This document shows positions 25,204 to 40,578 of a stretch of DNA of 64,000 nucleotides, in pieces. The notes below the pieces were generated by a model. It saw only the letters and a list, made by a program, of their open reading frames with translations. It was not told the origin of the DNA and searched no databases. Each line of letters begins with the position of its first letter. Positions within the stretch are counted from its first letter, which is position 1. This DNA comes from Eledone cirrhosa (lineage: Eukaryota), in assembly GCA_964016885.1 (NCBI GenBank), contig OZ024740.1, positions 65,844,001-65,908,000 of the forward strand, given 5' to 3'. Made by a program: the position numbers and the translations under genes.

Positions 25204-27033
25204 ATATATATATATATATGTGTGTGTGTGCGTGTGTGTGTGTATGTGCGTGTGGGTGTGTATGTGTGTGTGCGTGTGTGTATGCGTGTATGCGTGTGTG
25301 TGTGTGTGTCTGTAGATATGTGTGCATAAACGAGTGTATGTGTGTATAAACCTATTTTAGTAATTGTATCGTGCCGTTCAATGAACCGTTAACTACTGAT
25401 AGAGTTGTAGGGACAGCGGAGTAATATCTGGTGGGCATTTAAGCCACGGGGCATCTATCTGCACATCTGTATAATACCACCTTCTCTCTTGCGGTAAAGA
25501 GATGGAAATGAAAGAGTTTACGACAGAGTGAATTGTGAGACAGAAAGAGTAGGAAAGAGATAAGGTCAGAAAAATTGCGGTTGCACTGAAGTGATACTTT
25601 ATTTTTGTCTTGAAATGCAGACAATCAGTGTAAACTCCACGGGATGTAAAGGTAGAACCCAGAGGACTGTCAAGCAAACTGCAAGTCATTCTGTTCGACG
25701 TTCTAACGCCGATATGAAGGAAAAATATGCATTTGAATGTGGAATAACCACACTAATATACAGTTATACAGGCAAGGACGCACATGTATATGTGTAGGTT
25801 TGTCTGTATGTGTGCATAGGTTTATTTCCAAACGTAGCAAAAATCTTACGCCTGAAGGAGTATAGCAATTTTTCTTTTCTTTTTTCCTACACATGAATAT
25901 AAATCCGTTTTGTTTATTAACATTGTCATATTTGTCCCAGTGCATAATCGCTAAGAATAAAATATTGAATAATGATGCTTCCACTTGACATAGAAATAAC
26001 AGAAAGATTTCCCCAAATAAACATCAGTGAAATTTCGTCAGCTGTCCAAGTTTTCTATTTTCATTTCGATATTCTTTACAACCGTCATGTTTTGCTTTTT
26101 AAGAATCGATAAATGTTGGTATTTTTTTGTAAACTGTAAAAATGATTGATCATGTTACCTAAAGCTGAATTCATAACTCTGTCACGATGTTCAACTAAAT
26201 CAATACAATAAAAACTAATATGAGATTTAACCATCATATTTAGATCAAATATATTTCCCTTATTATCTTACTTATTTTTTCGTCCGTTAATTATTGAAAT
26301 ATCACACACAGTGCAGTATAAATAGGTTTCGAATTGTATATCATATTATTATATTATTCATTTACCTCATGTACAGATTTCAGTCATTTGACAACAACTA
26401 GGCTGAGGCACTGCTTTCAAGAAATTTAGTCGATCAAAACGAGACAAATACTTATTATAAATGTTTGATCTCTTTCAATCGACCAACTATAAATTGTCTG
26501 ACAAATGCCCAAGTCATCATCTGTAACATATAATGGAAACGAAACCTAATTCTCATGTCACGTTGACCGAAATCATTGAGTAGATCCTATGATCACATAT
26601 TTCAAGAAATTGTTGTGACAGATGCAAAAAAACAATACGAATTAAATACATGTTTTCTGTACATTATCAAAATAATACATTAGTATTGTCCGCCAACATT
26701 CGTGTATATATATATATATATTTTACTCGTTGCCGTTTAAAATTACCGTTGAAATCTCAGTATTATTAGGCCTACTATTTCAGATGAACCGGAATATCTG
26801 TGTTTTTATATTATAACTATTTGTAAACACAGGCAAAACAATATAATCCACACCAGCAGAACTATTAGTCGAAAAAAAAATGTTCAAAATGACCTTTCCA
26901 GAAATAGAAAATCATATCTTCCTTTCTTGATATGATTTCTGAAAATATGTGGTCAGAATAATATACATGATAAATTTTAATTCATCTTTATAGATACACG
27001 CATACACTTACACAGACGTCACACACACCCACA

Positions 27034-27118
<85 letters not shown>

Positions 27119-27331
27119 CCACACACACATATTTATATATATATATATATATGAGTGTGTGTGTGTATTATTTTTCTTCTCAATTGTATGCTACTCTAAA
27201 CCGAAGTAAAATCTCGAGACAAAAAAATAGTGTTACTCATCTAAACAAACTTTGTCTGAAATATTAAAGATACGGCTGGCTTATTCAGTGTCAGTTAGCG
27301 TCCGCCTTTATTTCCCTCTAATATAACTACC

Positions 27332-28806
<1,475 letters not shown>

Positions 28807-29346
28807 GAGAGACTTAAAATAAGAAAATTATAAAATTAACTTACTTACTAAAATATCACTTCCAACTAATTAGTTTCTGGAATGGTATAAATATATATTC
28901 CGAAGAAGTGATATTTTAGTAAGTAAGTTAATTTTATAATTTTCTTATCTTACGTCTCACATATTATTGTTCTGCAACCCCATGCATTGAACCACATAGT
29001 TACTAAGACAAAACCTACATATTTGCTAGCATTGATATGCATCTGTATGTATATATATGTTACTAGATATTAATTCTTTATAATTATCTCCAAATTATTT
29101 GTCGAGCAATATTGGCCATGACTGCTGCTATGGTAGCAGGCCGCTGTCTTATTAGCAAACCACTTTCCACTGATTGACCTCGATGTCACGTGATTGATTC
29201 TTTTTGAATTTCCCACCGACGCAGAGGCAGTGATTTTCTCAATGGCTAGGAATTCAGTCCACGCTTTGCTATTTCCTATCCACTGAATTATTTTTTTAAT
29301 AAGTTTCCAGTGTCCACTCTTTGCCTCGATACTTAGATGAGAATAT

Positions 29347-29428
29347 ACCTCCCTGACGACGGAATGCTTCTCAGTATCTTCTTCGGAAAATATATTTATT
29401 CCATTCCAGAAACTAATTAGTTGGAAGT
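29347..29428 (+). ncRNA. Type I hammerhead ribozyme (family B)
   Basis: ACCUCC-CUGACGA-C GGAAUG...CAUUCC A-GAAA-CUAAUUAG-UU-GGAAGU. Predicted GUU cleavage after 29422. Confidence 0.75.
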
Positions 29429-29864
29429 GATATTTTAGTAAGTAAATTAATTTTATAATTTTCTTATTTTACGTCTCTCATATTATTGTTCTGCAACCCC
29501 ATGCATTGAACCACAAAGTTACTAAGACAAAACCTACATATTTGCTAGCATTCATATGCATCTGTATGTATATATATGTTACTAGATATTAATTCTTTAT
29601 AATTATCTCCAAATTATTTGTCGAGCAATATTGGCCATGACTGCTGCTATGGTAGCAGGCCGCTGTCTTATTAGCAAACCACTTTCCACTGATTGACCTC
29701 GATGTCACGTCATTGATTCTTTTTGAATTTGCCACCGATGCAGAGGCAGTGATTTTCTCAATGGCTAGGAATTCAGTCCACGCTTTGCTATTTCCTATCC
29801 ACAGAATTATTTTTTAATAAGTTTCCAGTTTCCACGCTTTGCCTGGATACTTAGATGAGAATAG

Positions 29865-29946
29865 ACCTCCCTGACGACGGAATGCTTCTCTGTATCTTCT
29901 TCGGAAAATATATTTATTCCATTCCAGAAACTAATTAGTTGGAAGT
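29865..29946 (+). ncRNA. Type I hammerhead ribozyme (family B, next unit)
   Basis: Same motif 518 bp downstream; cleavage predicted after 29940. Confidence 0.75.
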
Positions 29947-30891
29947 GATATTTTAGTAAGTAAGTTAATTTTATAATTTTCTTATTTTACGTCTCTCATA
30001 TTATTGTTCTGCAACCCCATGCATTGAACCACAAAGTTACTAAGACAAAACCTACATATTTGCTAGCATTGATATGCATCTGTATGTATATATATGTTAC
30101 TAGATATTAATTCTTTATATAGATATATATATATATATATAGAAAGTATATATATATATATATATATATATAATACTAAGAAGTTCTACATTACATAGTC
30201 ATAAAATGCAGAGGTGCTTCGAAGTGATATTATTTACAAAAATGATAAATCCGGTAAATGTTGAATATTATAATTGGCCAATTAGGAACATTTCGTTTCA
30301 AAATAATTTAAAAGTGACATAAATACACATGATAATGCTTCCAAAAACAGAATCACAAAAGACACAGACACACTTACACACAGACATACACACACGCAAA
30401 CACAAATATATACATTTATATATATATATGTGCTGGCTTCCCCCCTCGTTATCGAGTATGGCCATTGCACGAGAAAAAACATGTATATATACATGAATGT
30501 ATATATATATATATAAACATAAGTATGTATACGTACATACATATATGTATACAGACGTACAGTAGTATGTATATATATACATACATGAATACAGATATCT
30601 ATGTACGTATGGATTTACCGAGCATTTATTATAATGATCGGTTTGTTTGTAAACAAACATCCCGAATTAAGCTGTACAGTGTCTAACAACCATCGTTGCC
30701 CTTTTCTTCAACACTGACAAAGGAATGATGTACTAGTTTCAAGCTTATTAACTATCTTCAGCAACGTATACCTTCCTGCTAGATAATTGAACGTCTGAAT
30801 ATATATACTTTCCTCATGCATATTAACGTCTGAGCAGCCTAATTTGCAGATCGAGTGAGTTTTTTCTTTATATATATATAAATATATATAT

Positions 30892-31013
<122 letters not shown>

Positions 31014-31041
31014 CAATATACATATATATATATATATATAT

Positions 31042-32352
31042 TGTTACGCTAGAAAGGTTAGTAGCTACTGTTATCCTAAGTCCTAACTCATTGAAGGTAG
31101 ACGCTAAGTCTCTAGCGTAGATTTCTTAGACATTAATTTAGACCATTTCACACACATCTACAGACCCTTCCATAAGCTAAACGAAAAAGTCAATTACATT
31201 CACAAGGAATAATACCACCCTCCCACTGTTTTTAGAAACTTCGTAAATAATATCAGTACTAGAATCTCAAACCTCTCCTCTAATAAGGCTATATTTGACA
31301 GGGCTGCACTCTACTATAACACGGCATTAGCTAACAGCGGCTTCTCGCAACCAATTTCTTACTCTCCCACTAACAACAACAACAATAAGAAAAAAAGCCT
31401 AACAATTGACAAACTATCTGGTTCTCTCCTCCCTTCTCACTCAACATTAAAACCAATGTAGGCAAAACATGTCTAGTCCTCTTAGACAGACACTTCCTCA
31501 TAGGTCACAAATACCGCTCCATCTTTAACCGACACAAAGTAAAACTAGGATACTCCTGCGCTAAGAACATGAAGGCCCACATCACCAACAGCCCTAAGAG
31601 CACTACCCCACCAGGGTACTCTTGCCGTAAGCCCGAAGCTTGTCCTCTTTAACAGCAATGCAATACACCCGCTGTAGTTTATGAAGCTGTGGTCACTTCC
31701 AACCAACCAAATCAACCACAGGAGATCAAATCCTATGTGGGTATGGCGGGGGGGCGATTTAAGGAACGCTTCTTGAACCACCAAGTGACATTTACAGTAC
31801 CCGGACAGACGTTCATCCACGAAACTCGCGAGCCACGTATGGTCCCTCAAAGACTCAAGTATAAACTACTCCAATGGAAAGCCATCACTAAGTTCAAGCC
31901 ATACGCAAGGGGCAGTCCGTCGTGTGGACTATGTATTGATGAACGAATAAATAGTCTAAAGAGATTACGCAATAGTGATTTCCTATACGAGGAATGAATT
32001 GTTCACACGTCGTCCACACGTCTGGAAACAGCTCTTACATAACCAAAAATCTCCGGATTGAATTACAACAACATCCTAATTTTCTTATCAACCAGCAACT
32101 TTCGGACTTTCGAAGTTATCTCCCTTACACCTCTCGCACGCAATTTAATATTGGCTGTGTGAAGTGATCATTTCTGCGCATGCGCATTCGTACGGTTGTC
32201 CTTCCTCTTCCGTCCATTACGAGCTGAGGATTCGCTGAGGTGAAACAATTGTTCTCGGTATGGTGAACTAAATGTTGTGTAACCATTTCTACCTAACTGA
32301 TCCCTTGGAATGAGTGCCCTACCACTACGGATATTAACTTCCAGTGTTCTAC

Positions 32353-32355
<3 letters not shown>
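31042..32355 (+). mobile_element. 5'-truncated, decayed Penelope-like element
   Basis: VDFLD-like and thumb remnants, IFN...KLGYSC, YVGMAGGRFKERFLNH, CGLC; (TA)n on both sides. Confidence 0.82.
32220..32257 (+). ncRNA. Minimal hammerhead ribozyme in pLTR
   Basis: CGAG-CUGAGGA-uucgcugaggu-GAAA-CAAUUG-UU-CUCG; sister copy at 43402-43439. Confidence 0.7.
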
Positions 32356-32414
<59 letters not shown>

Positions 32415-32447
32415 GTATATACATACGTATTTATATATATATATATT

Positions 32448-33470
32448 TTTATTTTGCGATTTTTTTAATATGAAATCGTGTGTTGAAACAGATATTGTTA
32501 TACTTGGGGAGGGTCATATTGTTGTAATACTATTGCCAGAAATAATAACAGAACACACTCACTCTTTATTTGGTTTTCGTTTCTGTATCTTTTAGAAAAC
32601 CCACTATACTAATAAGAAAAGTTTTATATGTAACGTAAACCCCCAGATAAACCCTAAAACTAGAAATGTAGTCTACAGAGAGTACTTGCTGAAACATGAC
32701 AGCGACAAATATAGGTCAGACAGTTCGAAGCATAGGAGAAAGAATAGACCAACACTGGGGGGAATTACAATGACAAATAGCGGTTCAGTACTATACGAAC
32801 ACGCCAGAAAACAACATGACGATAACATAGACAACATAGAAATTAAAATAATATCTAAACATAAAAATGACCCATCAGGTAGGCAAATCAGAGAAGCGAG
32901 CGAAGTAGAGCTTAGAAAGCCAAAGTTAAAAGAAAAAAAAATGAATTGAATAACAACAACAACCATACCCAAACAAACAATAATGACTTAAGAGAAATAT
33001 AAATATATAAATAAATAAATAAATAAATAAATATATATATACACAAGTACAATAACAAAAAAACATATATAAACACACAATAATAAACAAAACACATACA
33101 CCCAAACGCGAACACACAACCAAACATATACACACACGCAAACGCATGCGCAGAGACGGAGACAAAAATAAATAAATAAATCAATACATAAAATAACAAA
33201 TTCCGTAGACATTACAATACAATACATTAGGAGGAAAAATGATAATAGTACCACTGATGATCTTGCAGATGTGCAACGAAATAATTTGTGTTAGCCTATA
33301 TATATATATTTATATCTGTAGTTTTGACAGTTGGTTAGTCAATGATAAACATTGATGGCCGAATGAATTAACTAGTAAAAGATGAAGAAGCAAAAACCAA
33401 CCAAACAGTGCGTGTGATCTGTTATTATCTCTGGCAGTAGTATTACTACAATATGAGCCTCCCCAAGTAT

Positions 33471-33478
<8 letters not shown>
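32448..33478 (+). mobile_element. Naiad-like PLE 3' fragment with inverted 5' piece (32448-~32595)
   Basis: GSVLYEHARKQHD...RQIREASEVEL matches the C-terminus of ORF 61325-62152. The 3' UTR is homologous to 60742-61325. Confidence 0.8.
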
Positions 33479-33527
<49 letters not shown>

Positions 33528-33609
33528 GCCTGGGACGGTTGGAGGGTCACTGATGAAGGACTTACTTTTTCATATGCCCCACCATTTGCTACGCGCAGCC
33601 ATCATTATT

Positions 33610-33696
<87 letters not shown>

Positions 33697-33699
<3 letters not shown>

Positions 33700-36600
33700 T
33701 ATTTTATATGGTCAGGAACTAGTGAGGTAATTAACTGGTTTAAGAAATCGCAGAATAAGAATACCACTAAGTTTATACAATTCCGATATCTCTAACTACT
33801 ACACTTCGATCTCTCCAACTCTTCTAGGTAAGGCCCTAAACTTTGCTAGCTTACACACCGACTTTACATCTGAAGAAATTAACATTATACTCCTAGCTAG
33901 GAAAACTTTAATTGAGTTCAACGGTGACTTGTGGACCAGGAAAGATTGGCCGAAAAATTGCGACATCACCATCGTATACAAGGACTCGGCCCAGGTGACG
34001 GATCTTGTGGGCTTTTACTTCCTCGGCTGTCTCGGAGTGGAAATGCCCCACTTGGGAGGTGGCGCTTACCGTGACGACGTTTTGTTTACTGTGTCGTTCC
34101 ATAATAATAGTATGGTAGAGAGGGCGAGGAAAAACTAAGCAAATTCTTCAACGACATTACCTACGTATAGTGTTTGAAGAAAACCGGAAGATAGTTAATT
34201 TTCTAGATATTACACTTAACCTCAATTCAGGACTCTTCTCACCCTACAACAAACCCAACGAGAATTTAAATTATGTCAACGCAAAATCGAACCACCCTAG
34301 AATAGTCACTAACGGTATTACCAAAAGCGTCTCTAGTAGAATTTCAGGACTATCTTCCAAAGAAGATCCATTTGATAGGATCTCGAATTACTATAATAGC
34401 GCCCTGGAACGCACGGAGCATAGCGAGGGAATATCATTCAAACGTCCATTAAATAGTAGTAGCAACATTGCCTGCGACAGCTTAGGCCAAAATAGTGACA
34501 CTTTAGTTAAAAGCAGGCGGGATGCGAGGGAGGATCAATATAGACTTCAGGTTGTATTGCCTCCTAGTACCAATGTCGATGGTACCAATAGAAACAATCA
34601 CCCAGGTACAAACACGGAGTCTGAGCACCGTAATGCCAGCGGAAACTCTAATTGTAACCTTAATTTTAGAACAGATAAAACAACCGTTGAACGTAAAATG
34701 GAACGAGGGTCGGATAGAGGGAATAGGGATAAATGTCGCAGGCGCATAGTGGATATAACCCCGGCTATCGAGGGTAATCCCAATAGCTTCCCGGGGGGTA
34801 CACCGCCCTGGAGACTTGGGACGATTCCGAACAAAATCGGGACACCCCAGGACACCATCGACCCACAGGCAGTTTTCAGTTATAATAGACCAGTAGCAAC
34901 TAAGGAGACAGGTAACTATAGTATAGATAGTAAGAACAAGAGGCATTGGACGAGAAAAATCCTGTGGTATAACCCCCCTTACACCACTGGCCTGACCACT
35001 AGTATAGCTAAGCTTTTCTTTAAGGCCTTAAACAAATGCTTCTCTAGATCACACAGATACTATAAAATATTCAATAGGAATACCTTCACGTTGTCCTACT
35101 CCACATGCAGTAAGATAGCTCAGAAGATAGCTAGGATGAATTATATTAGGCTTAGGACAGCCCAAGGGGGGATCATACATGGCAGAACTAATGGCAGCTC
35201 TATGGATGAACGGACTCATGCACGTGAGGCGAGTCGGTCACCCCAACCCCTGGGAACTTACCCATAGAGCAGACAAGAACTGAGACCCGACCCAGAGGTA
35301 CCGTGGTTCCTCTGGAACTACCCAGGTCGATAACAGAAAATGTAATTGCAGGAACACCGCCACTTGCCCCATGGCTGGGAAATGTCTCACAAAAAACATA
35401 GTCTACGACTGTAAAGTCTCCACTTTAGATAGAACCTTCAGATATGTTGGGGCAACTGCCACTGAATTTAAAGATAGATGGTATAATCACCACCATACCT
35501 TTAATAGATTAGATAAAATAAATAGGATGTCGCTTTCTGAATTAGTCTGGAAGCTTAAACAACAGATTATAGAGCACTCCTTATCCCGGTCCATAATTAT
35601 CTCAGCCCAGCCATATAACGGCAGCACTGTCGTCTGTAATTTATGTATAGCTGAAACCTTTAATAGTATTAGAGGCAGCCCCCTATTAATCAATAGGAGA
35701 GCGGATTTTCCCAGCAACTGCCAACATAGAACCTCGAAAACCTTCCGCAGGATTTTTGGAAAGTAACCTACCACTAATTCCTCCCTCTCTACCTTAGCCG
35801 TAGAGTTCTCTCAATTACAAACAAAAACAGACAATCACACACTCTGGTAGTTAGACAGCTAAGATCGTTTGCGCACTTACAAACGGTACTCGACCTGTTT
35901 CCACAGAGTTCTCACAGCTGAGTGCACATTAGAATACCTAGTTAGTAAATAGTTAGAATGATTACACACTCAGGTAAGACCGATTACGTGCATTCACCAT
36001 TACTTTAGAATACCCTAACCATTGACTTCTCTCGGTTAGAATATATCTAGACGTAGTACACACTTATTTAAGACCGATTACGCTCTCTATACATAACTCT
36101 ACACACAATACCCGGTTTCTTTAGACACGGCGGTCCCACAGTTATGACTGGTCACGTTCCTATCGATTGAACACTACACTAGGTTTTGATCCGTGATCAT
36201 CTAACCATGGAGTGCTCACGGTTAAAGATTGGACAATAATACTTACACACCATTAATGAGCCTACACACATCCTCTGGATTTTGCTATTCTTTGTTACTT
36301 ATTTTACTTTTTGTGTTGGATAACACACCTTCACCACTCAAACACCTATCTTAAAAGCCCAAGAGCCCTTATGACGGGGAATGGCACGTACTGACAGATT
36401 AACCTTTTTGGACGATACGGATGTGTATATACCATAGCATACACTATTTGGAGATACGGATGTTACAATTCAATCTATACACGTATAGCAGAATATTGAA
36501 CTGAACTTTCTTGTGTATAGAGTAGCGATTGACCCAATTTTTCCAATTTACATCGTGAAATTGAGATTTGACCAATATAACATTTGTTGTTTTGTAAACT

Positions 36601-37248
36601 AACTTTCGGTGAATACTATGTTGGTATATTTATAATTTTCTTTGACCTCGCGTCGGTGCGTGTGAGTGTGTGTGTTCTCACTCACACTAACTGTGACCGT
36701 CTATAGTTCTACAGATTTGATGCTATGTTGGTATATGTATATATTTTTTCTTTGACCTCGCGTCGGTGTGTGTACCAACTCACATTAACTGTGACCGACT
36801 GTATTTCTACATATTTGATTGATGTCCAGCGTCTTTTACAGCTATTGAGAGATAGAGACTTGAGAGTTTTATGACCCTAACTGAAGACGATAGCAGTCGC
36901 CGTGTTTTGACTGCTTGATCTTCATATGAGGGACTACACTCTGTGAGTGAACATCGTTAATGTTCTCCCTCATATCAAGGATTTGAAGACAATTCATTTT
37001 CAACTGGCGAGATCAGTGATAATCGATCATGGCTACACGATCGATCTATCTCTTATTGAAACATGTGTCGTGATTAAAATAATTGGAAATGTATACCATG
37101 CCTTCGGATCTTTATTTTGATACAAATACTGTGTTTTACATCATCTAGCTGTTCCCATAAATGGAGTTGGAGATATACAAAAGCGTAAAGAACTTAATAT
37201 TGCTAACAAAAATGTATTGGACCGTTTGAGAGAACCAATAATATACCT

Positions 37249-37252
<4 letters not shown>
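33697..37252 (+). mobile_element. Penelope-like element, 5'-truncated within RT, with ~1.5 kb 3' region
   Basis: KFIQF, GAYRDD, VNFLDITLNL..PYNKPN...SNHP, RKILWYNPPY, CNCR..CP.AGKCL.KNIVY...YVG.T.TEFKDRW..H; (TA)n on both sides. Confidence 0.88.
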
Positions 37253-37327
<75 letters not shown>

Positions 37328-37330
<3 letters not shown>

Positions 37331-38303
37331 AACGAAGGAAATGTGGTAAGGAACCAGATGGACTATAACGCACCAAAGTACTCAATACTTAGGGTAGTAG
37401 GGTGGGTAATAGGAACGAGTAGGACCCCGACGGCTGAGCTCAAGCCGTTTCGACGGCTAATTCTGGACTAAATGAAAATGTTTATCCTGGTAATGAATAG
37501 CCGAGCTTCTCATCGGGTAATTCCATATATGGTAAAAGTGATTGTCACAAGGATTGGTCTAATGTTTGTTGTTGAGACACATAATTCTATCATGGCATTT
37601 TGTGGAAAGAAAGTGTAGCTGAACTTGCTAGTAGAAGAAAGAGGGAGAGGGAGTGGAGGAAACCCAGATGTGCGTTGAAATTGCCAACTACAGCAGAATC
37701 CTAAGGATAAGAGGTCAAGAGAAGTATACTAGGGAGGGGGAGAGGGGAGGAAGTCGAAACAATGAGTAAATCTATATGGAGTAAATATATAAAATAATAA
37801 TAAGAACGTTAAAAATATAAAAAAAACACAATTTCTGGTTATAATTCCCCTACCACAATCATCAAATCTCTCACTGGTACTGCTAAACTATAGAAAAGTT
37901 TAATAGGTGGGACGGAATACTAAATACGAGATTGTAGTGAAAGAATTTTATGAGTTAGTAGTAATCGGCCAAATCATATCTTACAGTGACAGGTCAACAA
38001 GTAGGGGGCAAAATACTAAAAAAAAAAACTAATACGAAATAATAATTCAGAGTCCCGAAAATGAATACTAATACTATATATAATAGTACCGCTACAATAC
38101 ATAAATTCTAATACAAACTACATAAATGCTCGTACGATATATATGAAAAATTTAATACGAACAAATTTGACCAATCCTTGTGACAATCACTTTTACCATA
38201 TATGGAATTACCCCCTCAGAAGCTCGGCTATAAAAATATTCATTTAGTCCAGAATTAGCCGTCGAAACGGCTTGTGTTCATCCGTTGGGGTCCTACTCGT
38301 TCC
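37328..38303. mobile_element. PLE-derived remnant bounded by inverted copies of HHR-bearing repeat family C
   Basis: 37417-37560 is the reverse complement of ~38170-38303. A WYN.PY-like remnant lies near 37835. (TA)n on both sides. Confidence 0.65.
37424..37518 (-). ncRNA. Decayed hammerhead ribozyme with long stem III (family C)
   Basis: Minus strand reads AC-CCGAUGA-GA(agcu)CGGCUA...UAGCCG UC-GAAA-CGGCU ugagcuc AGCCG-UC-GGGGU. The 5' core is damaged. Confidence 0.55.
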
Positions 38304-38326
38304 TATATATATATATATATATATAT

Positions 38327-39808
38327 AACGGCGATGAATTAGTTTTGCGAGGTTTTTTATACGAAATCGTGTGTCGAAACAAATATTGTTATACTTGGGG
38401 AGGGTCATTTTTGTGTAATATTGCCAGAATTAATAACAGAACACACTCACTGTTTGGTTGGTTTTCGCTTTTCGCTTCTGTGTCCTTTATATCGGTAATC
38501 TAATTTATTCGGTCCACAATGTTGCCATTGACTGACCAATGGTAAACAATAATAGAGATACAATATAGACACAAAAACATATATATATAGTTTATCAAAG
38601 TTCTTTCGTAGCACATCTGCAACAACGTCAGTGGTGCTATTTTTTCCTCCCGTTACATTGTATTTCTACGCCATTTTTATTTAGTCTGTCTATATAATTA
38701 TTTATTTATTTTTGTGTTTGTTTATTTTATTTTGCCTTCTTTGCGCATGCGTTTGCGTGTGTGTATATTGTTTTGTTTATTGTGTGTTCGTGATTGGGTG
38801 ACTGTGTATCGGTCAATCTATTCTATCTTCTCTAGTGTGTGTTTATATGTGTTTGTTGTTATTGTGCTTGTATATGTATTTATTTATTTATTTATCTATT
38901 TATTTATTTATTTATTTATTTATTTATACTTCTCTTAGGTCAGTGTTGTTTGTTTGGGTGTTGTTATTCCATTCATTCTTTCTGTTTAGTCTTGGCCTTC
39001 TAAGTTCTATTTCACTGGCCTCTCTGATTTGCCTATCTGATGGGTCATTTCTATGTTTAGATATTATTCTAATTTCTATGTTGTCTATGTTACCGTCGTG
39101 TTATTGTCTGGCATGTTCGTATAGTACTGACCCGTTTTTTCGTCCTTTTAGTTCCCCCCAATGTTGGTCTATCCTTTCACCTATGCTACTAGCTGTCTCG
39201 CCTATGTATCCACCTTCCCATGGGAGTCTTTTTTGCCATTGAGGTTATGGTGGGGGGGGGGGGGGGGTTACCTATTATGGGTCTATTAGGGCAGAAACAT
39301 CTAAGGTCATGGCTGTCTAGGTAGTCAGTGTCGTAAGTAAGTCTAAGTAGGAGGCCCAGTTCGTCTGATTCGACGTCGCAGAACTCCACCTCACTCTCAA
39401 TGATCATCTCCACACATTCTTCCACAGCTAAATCAATGATAATGGATGGGTACAGTGATACCACATCCATGCTGCCTATTATGCTGTTGGATAGGTTCCT
39501 GTTTTTGTTGCACTCACTGATTCTGCTGAGGATACGATGTAACGGGAGGAAACAATAGCACCACTGACGTTGTTGCAGATGTGCAACGAAAGAACTTTGA
39601 TAAACTATATATATGTGTTTGTGTCTATATTGTATCCGTATTATTTTTGACCGTTGGTCAGTCAATAGCAACATTGAGGACCGAATAAATTAGATTACCG
39701 ATATAAAGGACACAGAAGCGAAAAGCGAAAACCAACCAAACAATGAGTGTGTACTCTTATTAATTCTGGCAATATTACACAAATATGACAGTCCCCAAGT
39801 ATAACAAT
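38327..39808 (-). mobile_element. Internally deleted Naiad-like PLE copy with inverted pLTR at its 5' side (~39533-39808)
   Basis: 38327-39205 matches 60742-61610, and ~39205-39532 matches ~62745-63040 (IIGSMDVVSLYPSI). ~39533-39808 is the reverse complement of the 3' UTR. Confidence 0.85.
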
Positions 39809-39815
39809 ATATATG

Positions 39816-39914
<99 letters not shown>

Positions 39915-39983
39915 TATGAAGAGAGAAGAAACATTTAGATATAATTAGTAATAAAATGTATCATACCTAAACTGCTCCTAAAT

Positions 39984-40073
39984 TCCTCGACTACGTAGTT
40001 TCGTGGCATAAACAAAAACAATATATCATAAAGATATAGAGTCCCTGCGAGGTCTGCCGACTTATCAAGAGGA
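39984..40073 (-). ncRNA. Type I hammerhead ribozyme (family A, U3-A8 core)
   Basis: CCUC-UUGAUAA-GU(C)GGCA...UGCCAC-GAAA-CUACGUAG-UC-GAGG. Confidence 0.82.
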
Positions 40074-40578
40074 TACCTCATTTTACTAGTCTCAAGAACG
40101 CGTCTACACGACGTGAGAAAGAATCCCAAAAGGCGGAGGGGGAGATAGTCGCGCGATATAACGGTCGAGAAACAGAGCTAAGCCTCTTATAACCACGAAG
40201 AAAATACCACGGAGGCGGAGGGGGTATTCATATCGAGGCCGCAGAAGAGGTGGTGAAGAAGGCTAGAAGTATGAGTAATGGAAGCTTTCCAGTTGTCCCC
40301 ACACTTCAAAGATTGCTCGACCAGAGGGAGTTATTAACAATATATTTAGAAACACACAGATACATGCGGACACACACATATATACATGAATGCATCCGCA
40401 CCCAACTGTGAGTTAAGGGTGCCAACTTCACCGATGTTGCTCAATGAATGACCGGGACAGACCAATTCAGTTGAACTAGACTGAACCAGTATCAGAGTTA
40501 AAAATACATCATGAAGAGAGAAGAAACATTTAGATATAATTAGTAATAAAATGTATCATACCTAAACTGCTCCTAAAT

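Noticed and set aside
28905-30119. CRISPR array or simple satellite interpretation of the tandem repeats
   Set aside because: Units are 500-600 bp with no spacers, arrays are only 1.5-2.3 units long and dispersed, and the context is eukaryotic.
36875-37080. Possible hammerhead at the 3' end of the 33.7-37.2 kb PLE (CUGAAGA ... GAAACAUGUGUC)
   Set aside because: No consistent stem I or stem II register by eye.
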